Positions 49,815-58,721 of a stretch of DNA of 64,000 nt are shown piece by piece. A program made the position numbers and the translations under genes. The stretch covers positions 176,974-240,973 of the forward strand of contig JAPLXP010000003.1 in assembly GCA_026396015.1 (NCBI GenBank). The letters are read 5' to 3'. The first letter of the stretch is position 1; the number at the start of each line of letters is the position of its first letter. The notes below the pieces were generated by a model. That model did no database searches. It was not told the origin of the DNA and saw only the letters and a program-made list of their open reading frames with translations. The DNA is from Candidatus Nomurabacteria bacterium. GTDB taxonomy: Bacteria; Patescibacteriota; Minisyncoccia; Phycocordibacterales; UBA9973.

Positions 49815-50025
49815 TTAAAACATTAAACTAAACTATTTACCATGTATTCTGTTATTTACCAAAACAGCGTAACAAGGCTTATCTAAACTTAAAACATTAA
49901 ACTAAACTATTTACCATGTATTCTGTTATTTACCAAAACAGCGTAACAAGGCTTATCTAAACTTAAAACATTAAACTAAACTATTTACCATGTATTCTGT
50001 TATTTACCAAAACAGCTAACAGGGC
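49815..50025. repeat. 74-bp tandem repeat (~2.9 units) upstream of tRNA-Lys
   Basis: Units start at 49815, 49889, 49963; first two identical. Confidence 0.92.
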
Positions 50026-50122
50026 GTAAAAGTTAAAAAATATTTAACTCTGTCATTATTGCAGAAAAAGCTATTTTTGTAAATAGTGTTTGCTTTTCTT
50101 TGTAAAGGAGTATAATTAGTGT

Positions 50123-50470
50123 ATGGTAAATAATTTTGAAAAAGTAGCTTCTTCGGAGGGTAAAAAAACCGAAAATATTAAAGTAGGTATTCCAGATCAA
50201 AATTTTCATAAATATCATGAGTCAAGAAAACTTGATGCTGTAAATGAAAAACTTTTCGGTGTGGAAAATAAGATAAAAGAAGAATATCTTGAGATTATAG
50301 AAAAAATTAATAAGGTATATGAAGATTGTGGTGATGAACTTGTTAAAAAAATATCTAAAGAAAAACGGGCTGAACTAACTGAATTAAGAAAACAAAAAGA
50401 GGAAAAAGTAAAGCTCTTAGAAGATATACAAAGACAAGGGGGTATAGCTGAAAATAAGGGTGATTGTTAA
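50123..50470 (+). CDS. Hypothetical coiled-coil protein
   Basis: 115-aa E/K-rich ORF, TATAAT 6 nt before ATG. Confidence 0.55.
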   Translation: MVNNFEKVASSEGKKTENIKVGIPDQNFHKYHESRKLDAVNEKLFGVENKIKEEYLEIIEKINKVYEDCGDELVKKISKEKRAELTELRKQKEEKVKLLEDIQRQGGIAENKGDC

Positions 50471-50597
50471 TTTATCTAAGGATATTTTATGCAGTAGGCC
50501 TGAATTAAAAGTCGCAAGAAATGATGAACATAATGATGGTCATTATTAACCCAAAATAAGCCTATTTATAGGCTTATTTTAGTCTATAGATAAATGC

Positions 50598-50674
50598 TTG
50601 ACTTTATTTTCTGGATGTATATAATAGGGTTCACAGTCTGGTAAGTTATCCGGCTGTTTTAATTTCTTTGAAAA
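50598..50674 (+). promoter_or_regulatory. rRNA promoter and boxA-like site
   Basis: TTGACT-16 nt-TATAAT; TTCTTTGAAAA at 50664-50674. Confidence 0.7.
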
Positions 50675-50879
50675 GTTAATAGGTTGGCTCAATCATCATT
50701 TCAATGATTGGGCAAAAAATGCAAATAATCAAAGCAAGCAAGTTAACCGTAAATCACTCGATAGTGATAGGTTAAGAAATGTCCGCATTATTCTTTCCGG
50801 AGTAATAGCGAGACAATAGTAAGTCAGTTTGGAAGAAATAAAATACTGTAAAGTATTCTTTATTTTGTTCCGTTCTATT

Positions 50880-52485
<1,606 letters not shown>

Positions 52486-52732
52486 TGAAATTAATCGATG
52501 TATTCTATTTATAGATGCAAAGATCTTATTGAGTCGATATTGTATAGCTCAATTGACTATACAATTGCTGCGTACTACAGCATAGCGAAGTACTGACATC
52601 TGGGAAAGACCAGAATCAAAAAATACGAACGGAACAAAATAAAGAATATTTTCAAAACTTCTATTTGTTTGATTGATTAAAGCATTTATACTCTGTCTAT
52701 ATGACATGGTGCAACCTATTAATTCTAAATGA

Positions 52733-52778
52733 AACAATAAAAAAAATCCCAACAAATGTTGGGATTTTTTTTATTGTT
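52733..52778 (+). terminator. Terminator of the 16S transcript
   Basis: AACAATAAAAAAAATCCCAACA / TGTTGGGATTTTTTTTATTGTT. Confidence 0.8.
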
Positions 52779-52831
52779 GATTTATTTTAAAATGATATAA
52801 TTAAAACAATTATTTAATTATTATTTTATTC

Positions 52832-54481
52832 ATGAAAAAATTTTATTCAGCTTTATTGATTTTGCTTTTAGTTATTGTTCTTGTTCCCACTAAATCTTTT
52901 GCTAGTTCTACTTGGGTTGATGTGTCTTCAGCAGGATCTGGTGCTTGGCAGGCTGTGGCGTCTTCATCTAATGGTACAAAATTAGTCGCAATTGTTTATG
53001 GCGGTGGAATATATACCTCTTCAGATAGTGGTGTGACTTGGGCGCCTCAATCTTCTGCTGGAAATAGAAATTGGAAGAACGTAGCATCTTCATCAGATGG
53101 TACAAAATTGGTCGCCACTGCTTATGGTGGTGATATTTATACCTCTACAAATAGTGGTGTAACTTGGGTAGATCAAACTACATCTGGTGCTCGTAACTGG
53201 AATGGGTTAGCTGTGTCTTCTGATGGATCAAAAATTGTCGCTGCTGTTTATGGTGGTGATATTTATACTTCTACTAATGGTGGTGTTGACTGGACTGATA
53301 GAGTTTCTGCTGGAGTGTCAAATTGGAATACTATAGCTGCCTCTTCTGATGGTGTTAATATTGTTGCTGGTATTTTTGGTGGTTATTTATCTACTTCAAA
53401 TGATGGAGGTGCTACTTGGTCTATACAAAATTCTTCTGGTTCAAGAAATTGGTTTTCATTAGCTTCTTCATCTGATGGTACAAAATTAGCTGCAGTTGAA
53501 TATGGTGGTGGAATTTATACCTCTACTGATAGTGGTGTAACTTGGGTAAATAAAACTTCCGCTGGTAATCATAATTGGAAAAGTATTGCTATTTCGGATG
53601 ATTTATCAAGATTAATTGCTGTTGCATATAGTGTGGATTATGTTTATCTTTCTATAGATGGTGGTTTAACATGGATACGTCAAGACTCTGCAGGTGCTAG
53701 TTACTGGCAATATGTAACAGCATCTTCTGATTTTACTAATGTGGTTTCTCTTGTTTATGGTGGTGATATTTATCATGGATTATTTACTTTTCTTCCTGTT
53801 GTGTCAACTGGATCTTCCTCAAGTACAACATTAGATTCTACTGTTCTATCTGGATCAATAAATTTTTCTGGAGGTGAGAATAATACTGTCAGAGGTATAA
53901 ATTATGGTCTTACTTCTAGTTATGGTTCTGTTGTTTCTGAAATTGGCTCATACGGAGCAGGGACTTTTAACTTGAATGTTACAGGTCTTACTTGTGCTAC
54001 TACATACCACTATTCAGCTTTTTCTACAAATGGTGTAGGTACTAGTACGGGTTCTGATTCTACTTTTGATACATTACCTTGCCCAGTTCATCATTCTGGT
54101 GGTCATCCACCAATAATTACTTCTTCTGGAGGAGGTGGTGCACCAGTTGTGACAGATATTATAGTTCCTACAGTTGTGATCCCTCCTGCGCCAGTTGAAA
54201 ATAAGATTATTTTAAATAATGTTGTTACTAGTTCTTCTTCATCATCAAATAAACTCTCAAAGCATTTAAATATAAATATGAAGGATCCAGAGGTTAAAAT
54301 ACTACAACAATTTTTAATCGATCAAAATAAAGGGTCAAAATCTAAATTGATTTACTTGAGTAATTCTTTCGGACCAAAAACAAAATCTGCACTTGTTGAA
54401 TGGCAAAAATCTGCAGGATTGGAATCTGACGGAGTATTGGGACCCGAGACTAGATCAAAGATAAACGATATTTTAAAATAA
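52832..54481 (+). CDS. Secreted BNR/Asp-box beta-propeller + FN3-like + peptidoglycan-binding domain protein
   Basis: Signal peptide; ~7 repeats W..VASSSDGTKL.A..YGG.IYTS.DSG.TW; C-terminal EVKILQQFL...FGPKTKSALVEWQ...DGVLGPETR. Confidence 0.82.
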   Translation: MKKFYSALLILLLVIVLVPTKSFASSTWVDVSSAGSGAWQAVASSSNGTKLVAIVYGGGIYTSSDSGVTWAPQSSAGNRNWKNVASSSDGTKLVATAYGGDIYTSTNSGVTWVDQTTSGARNWNGLAVSSDGSKIVAAVYGGDIYTSTNGGVDWTDRVSAGVSNWNTIAASSDGVNIVAGIFGGYLSTSNDGGATWSIQNSSGSRNWFSLASSSDGTKLAAVEYGGGIYTSTDSGVTWVNKTSAGNHNWKSIAISDDLSRLIAVAYSVDYVYLSIDGGLTWIRQDSAGASYWQYVTASSDFTNVVSLVYGGDIYHGLFTFLPVVSTGSSSSTTLDSTVLSGSINFSGGENNTVRGINYGLTSSYGSVVSEIGSYGAGTFNLNVTGLTCATTYHYSAFSTNGVGTSTGSDSTFDTLPCPVHHSGGHPPIITSSGGGGAPVVTDIIVPTVVIPPAPVENKIILNNVVTSSSSSSNKLSKHLNINMKDPEVKILQQFLIDQNKGSKSKLIYLSNSFGPKTKSALVEWQKSAGLESDGVLGPETRSKINDILK

Positions 54482-54538
54482 TAATGAATTAAAAAGAGCG
54501 CAACCGTAGGTTGCGCTCTTTGCCTTTTTATATAAAGG

Positions 54539-56086
54539 CTATTTTTTTTGTAACTTCATAATATTGTCTCCAATCTTTATAAAGTAAAATCCTGTTGGAT
54601 AATTACTCATATCGATTTGATTATTATTACTATTACCAATTAAAACTGATTTTCCTTGAGAATTAAAAATCTCATAGTTTAAATCAGAGGAAATGTGTAA
54701 AATGTCATTAACTGGATTTGGGTATATTCCAAATTCTTTAGAATTAGAATTCTCTAATATTCCTGTGGTCCAGCTGCCTAATTGAATTGTCATTACATTT
54801 GAAGTAAATTGAGTACCCCTACTATCAGTACCTTTTATTCTTGTATACACAATTCCGTTCTGCCTGAAATCAGTATTAATACTGATTTCACCACTCACAT
54901 TGGTGATTTGGATATTTGGTGGTGTTCCTTGGGAAATATTAAAATTTTGATCAGAAGACCATTCTTGCCATACTACAGCTGTAGTATTCGGCATTAAGGT
55001 GTAATCAAGTATTGTTTCCCCAGTAGTGTAGTTGCTGTTGATACATTTCTTTATGGTTAAAGTAAATGCATTAGGTGTAACCTTTGAAGTTTTCTTGCTT
55101 AATTTTACACCCCAGTTTCCTCCCTTGGAATTCGCTGTGTAAGGTTGGAACCAATACAATGTATTGGTGTCCAATCCTAGAATCACTTTTGTGCTCTTTT
55201 GAATAGAATCTCCAGTGAATGAAACAGTATCAGTATATTTATAGTTTGTAGTTCCGTCCTTCCAGTATTTTATGTACTGATAAGATTGAAGACTAAAACC
55301 TACAATATTAGTCTCAACTGTAATTTTATCTGATTGCTCAGAAAGGTTGGTAATTTCACCGGTCGCAGGTTGAGATACTACATAGTATCCAGACCGCATA
55401 GGTGTGATTGAGTCACGGCCTCCAAGGCTCGATGTTTTAATACCACAGGCTATAGTAGTCTGTGAGGGTATTGTACCAAAGCTAACAGTGAATGGCTTAT
55501 TGTCTAATACCGTGTAAGTGTTCTTTTTGAAAAGTTCACTTCCATTGAAAGTATTATAAACTTTAGTACTATCACTAGTGCCAAAAGTCGATACTATGGT
55601 ACTTAACCCACCAGTCTCTACTTTTATTGTAGCAGTTACTCTGCCAGCAGAGTCAATACTCGGGTTTGTTACCCAAGAAATTCTTGGCTTCATAAGTGAA
55701 TCAGCAATTAGAATGTTACAAATCGAATTTGATTTGTATGTTATATTCTGAATTTTGATTCTTGCTTGAATGCATATCAGCCCTCTCGGAAGTCCACCTA
55801 AACTCTTGGCTTCAATGATGGAATCATTGATGCTTTGAACGGTGTCGTTACCGATGCGTGTGTACCCATAAATAGGGTAGAAGGCGGATGTGTCCTGTGT
55901 AGGAAAATATCCAACCATAATTTCAACAGTGGAGTCAGTTTTACTTGACTTCCAGTTGATTGAGTAACTAACTTTCTTTATTCCACCATTTGCAGAAAAA
56001 AGAGTTACGTTTTGGGCGTTAGCCGATGCTCCAGCCATGATTATTCCAATCACAGCGAGCAAAAAGATACTGATTTTATTTTTCAT
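54539..56086 (-). CDS. Secreted FN3-like protein with T9SS type A C-terminal sorting domain
   Basis: Signal peptide ending ASANA-Q; C-terminus IYPNPVNDILHI...EIFNSQGKSV...IDMSNYPTGFYFIKI...KLQKK. Confidence 0.8.
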   Translation of the reverse strand: MKNKISIFLLAVIGIIMAGASANAQNVTLFSANGGIKKVSYSINWKSSKTDSTVEIMVGYFPTQDTSAFYPIYGYTRIGNDTVQSINDSIIEAKSLGGLPRGLICIQARIKIQNITYKSNSICNILIADSLMKPRISWVTNPSIDSAGRVTATIKVETGGLSTIVSTFGTSDSTKVYNTFNGSELFKKNTYTVLDNKPFTVSFGTIPSQTTIACGIKTSSLGGRDSITPMRSGYYVVSQPATGEITNLSEQSDKITVETNIVGFSLQSYQYIKYWKDGTTNYKYTDTVSFTGDSIQKSTKVILGLDTNTLYWFQPYTANSKGGNWGVKLSKKTSKVTPNAFTLTIKKCINSNYTTGETILDYTLMPNTTAVVWQEWSSDQNFNISQGTPPNIQITNVSGEISINTDFRQNGIVYTRIKGTDSRGTQFTSNVMTIQLGSWTTGILENSNSKEFGIYPNPVNDILHISSDLNYEIFNSQGKSVLIGNSNNNQIDMSNYPTGFYFIKIGDNIMKLQKK

Positions 56087-56107
56087 TGTTTTCAAATATT
56101 TAGTACT

Positions 56108-56175
56108 ATTATAGCAGATTAATTCTTATTTGTCAATATATATACTTGACAAAATGGTATTGATTGTGATATAAT
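56108..56175. promoter_or_regulatory. Back-to-back consensus promoters
   Basis: Minus: TTGACA(56136-31)-17-TATAAT(56113-08); plus: TTGACA(56146)-18-TATAAT(56170). Confidence 0.75.
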
Positions 56176-56223
56176 ACAAGTGTAATTAAAAAGGCCGAAA
56201 TTAAAGGTTTTTTATCAAAATAT

Positions 56224-57702
56224 ATGAAAAATACAATGAACAAAACAATAGTATCAATATTTGCTATTTTAGCATTTGTTTTTATGGCACCTAATATATA
56301 CGCAGCTTCTGTATCTACTGCTGGGGTATCAAATATAACTCAGACTTCTGCTACAGTTAGTGGTACCTACTCTCTAGGTTCAAATTATGCCGAGGTATAT
56401 TTTGAATATGCTGATAACTCAGGATTCTACGGATCAAAGAGTACTACTCATTCTGTATATACTTCATCTGCATCAACATTTGCAAACATAACAGGTCTAA
56501 ATCCAAATACTACTTATTACTATCGATTAATCTCAGAAGGTAGTATGTATGAATCAGGTGGGACTCTATATTTCAAAACACTATCAAGTAATATTGACTT
56601 GCCATTATCTGCTATGACTGCCGGCGCGAAAGACATCAGTACGAATTCTGCAACTATCTCAGGAGTAATTTCAAATGCTCCATCTAGTGTATGGTTTGAG
56701 TATGGAAAGACAACATCACTAGGTAATACTCTGCCTGCTTCAACTACTACATTGGGTAACTCAACAACAGCTACTGCCAATCTTTCAAACCTAGAAGCAA
56801 ATACTACATATTATTACCGTGTGGGAGCTTTGAATTCAGTCGGTCAATCAAATGGAAGTATTTTATATTTCACAACTTTGAAAAATGGAGGTAGTACAGG
56901 TCCATGTGTGATTACTTCATTTACATCAAATACAAATTCTGTTTATGCTGGGTCACCTGTAACATTGTCATGGGTGACTACTGGTTGTACATATTTAAAC
57001 TTTGGTCAATCTGGTGGAGCATCATTCCCAATGTCAGGATCTGCTACCGTGACACTCAGCACTACTTCGACTTATACACTCTATGCATACGGTACGAATA
57101 ATAATGATACAAAATCTGTGACTATCACTGTCGTAAATAACGGAGAGGGAAACAATGGTGGATGGAATGGTGGTTGTGGAAATTATAACTGTAATCCACC
57201 ATGTAGTTATAGTTGCAACACTTGTAATTACAATTGTGGTGGAACCAACAATGATTGTTCTTGGTATGATTATTCCTGCAATAGAAATTTAAATAATTAT
57301 GAACAAATTAGAGGTATGGTTACTTGCTCGGTCTGTTCTTCTTCATATTATCCAGTAAATTATTTACCATCAAATAGTTACAATGGTTACGTGAATAGTT
57401 CTGCAAATCAAAACAATAATTTAAATTCAGGTGGTAAAAATGGTATATATGATGTGTCTGCCAATAGTAAATCACTATTAGGGAATAATGCTAGTGCATC
57501 AGATGTTTCAAATGTTGATTCACAAAATTCAAATATAGATTCTAGTAATCTTGCAGCTGGTGCTGGCTTTGGTCTAGTTTCATTTTTACCTAGTACTCTC
57601 GTAGGATGGTTACTCTTTATTATATTTATTTTGTTTATAATCTTTATCGCAAGAAAACTTACTGCAAAGAAAAACAATAATGCACACGGTCACGCACACT
57701 AA
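56224..57702 (+). CDS. Surface protein: signal peptide, 2x FN3-like, Ig-like, Cys/Asn-rich linker, C-terminal TM anchor
   Basis: ITGLNPNTTYYYR and LSNLEANTTYYYR; CGNYNCNPPCSYSCNTCNYNC; LPSTLVGWLLFIIFILFIIFIARK. Confidence 0.78.
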   Translation: MKNTMNKTIVSIFAILAFVFMAPNIYAASVSTAGVSNITQTSATVSGTYSLGSNYAEVYFEYADNSGFYGSKSTTHSVYTSSASTFANITGLNPNTTYYYRLISEGSMYESGGTLYFKTLSSNIDLPLSAMTAGAKDISTNSATISGVISNAPSSVWFEYGKTTSLGNTLPASTTTLGNSTTATANLSNLEANTTYYYRVGALNSVGQSNGSILYFTTLKNGGSTGPCVITSFTSNTNSVYAGSPVTLSWVTTGCTYLNFGQSGGASFPMSGSATVTLSTTSTYTLYAYGTNNNDTKSVTITVVNNGEGNNGGWNGGCGNYNCNPPCSYSCNTCNYNCGGTNNDCSWYDYSCNRNLNNYEQIRGMVTCSVCSSSYYPVNYLPSNSYNGYVNSSANQNNNLNSGGKNGIYDVSANSKSLLGNNASASDVSNVDSQNSNIDSSNLAAGAGFGLVSFLPSTLVGWLLFIIFILFIIFIARKLTAKKNNNAHGHAH

Positions 57703-57740
57703 ACACTTGACAAATAATATAGATTTGCTATACTAGCATT

Positions 57741-57811
57741 GTGAGTGAAAGGGTTCCGATAATTTATAAAAACAAATGACTAGCAAAAAGCCACCGCAAG
57801 GTGGTTTTTTG
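57741..57811 (+). ncRNA. Candidate small RNA 1
   Basis: TTGACA(57707)-16-TGcTATACT(57729) promoter; terminator AAAAAGCCACC-gcaa-GGTGGTTTTTT about 45 nt after the inferred start. Confidence 0.5.
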
Positions 57812-57855
57812 TTTGCCGTGTAGTGTTTTATTTATATTTATATTATAATAGTATT

Positions 57856-57981
57856 CGTAGTCGCTTGTGTGTTCTAGTCAGCGGCTGCACTCACATAGTC
57901 ATTTGTGTTGGAGTCTAGCACCCGCTGACTTGAGCACAGAATATAAAATCACCACGATGAAAATCGTGGTGATTTTATATT
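57856..57981 (+). ncRNA. Candidate small RNA 2 (long GC-rich hairpin; strand uncertain)
   Basis: TATAAT at 57844; TGTGTTCTAGTCAGCGG pairs with CCGCTGACTTGAGCACA; terminator 57940-57981. Confidence 0.5.
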
Positions 57982-58002
57982 TAGTTTGTAGTCTGTATCG
58001 AA

Positions 58003-58209
58003 ATAAAATAATTATTGAAAAAGTCTTGCGCAGGAGATTAGAAAATAAATGAGTTTACGAATATTATTTTCTTGATTGAGGGGATTAAATAAAAACTGCT
58101 TTTTATTTAATCCGGTTCGCGAAGCGAAATTGCCGATGCGAAGCAGGCAATAGGGAGAGATATTTTTCAACAGAAAAATATTCGTGCTTTTTGAAATAAG
58201 TTATTTTAT
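58003..58209 (+). repeat. Modular palindromic repeat, copy E (expanded)
   Basis: Same outer blocks and inner module as copies B/D plus three extra hairpins. Confidence 0.8.
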
Positions 58210-58491
58210 GTAGATAATTATTTGTTTATCTTGAAGATAATTATTTTATTTCGATGTAATTTTATTTTAATTAAAATATTTATTAAAAAAATAAAAAATA
58301 TTTTTTCTAAAAAAATTTAAAAATAAAAAGTTATCCACAGTTTTATTTAAAAAAGTATTGCACATATTTTTTATATATACGATAATGTAATTGTGAGTGT
58401 GATAAATTTTTTTATAAATTTATTTTATTTTAAAATTTTTTATAAGGTCGTATATCACACATCCTTTAAAAATTAATTTTTTTTTAAATAT

Positions 58492-58599
58492 ATGGCAGCA
58501 AAAAAGAAGGTAGTAAAAAAAGCAGTTAAAAAAGTTGTAAAGAAAGTTGCAAAGAAAGCAGTTAAGAAGGCTGTGAAGAAAGTTGCAAAGAAGAAGTAA
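58492..58599 (+). CDS. 35-aa Lys/Ala/Val-rich histone-H1-like peptide (not in ORF track)
   Basis: MAAKKKVVKKAVKKVVKKVAKKAVKKAVKKVAKKK with synonymous codon variation; promoter-like TTGCAC-17-GATAAT at 58358-58386; terminator 58618-58651. Confidence 0.78.
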   Translation: MAAKKKVVKKAVKKVVKKVAKKAVKKAVKKVAKKK

Positions 58600-58721
58600 T
58601 TAACTTCTTTCAAAACCAAGAAAACCCCCTCTCTATCGGGGGTTTTCTTTTTGCTTCATATCATATTTTTTTAAATTTCAAATATTTTAAAAAAGGTCTA
58701 TATGTGTTAAAATGGGTTCCT

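Noticed and set aside
49815-50025. Possible CRISPR array
   Set aside because: Units are contiguous identical 74-mers with no unique spacers; no cas genes in the window
57856-57981. RNA2 as SRP RNA or 6S RNA
   Set aside because: No SRP helix 8 GNRA loop with CAGG/AGCA motifs on either strand; too short and no central bubble for 6S
58210-58345. Possible oriC (AT-rich tract plus TTATCCACA at 58331)
   Set aside because: Only one DnaA box, no dnaA/dnaN nearby, and the same 9-mer occurs inside dprA at 32539
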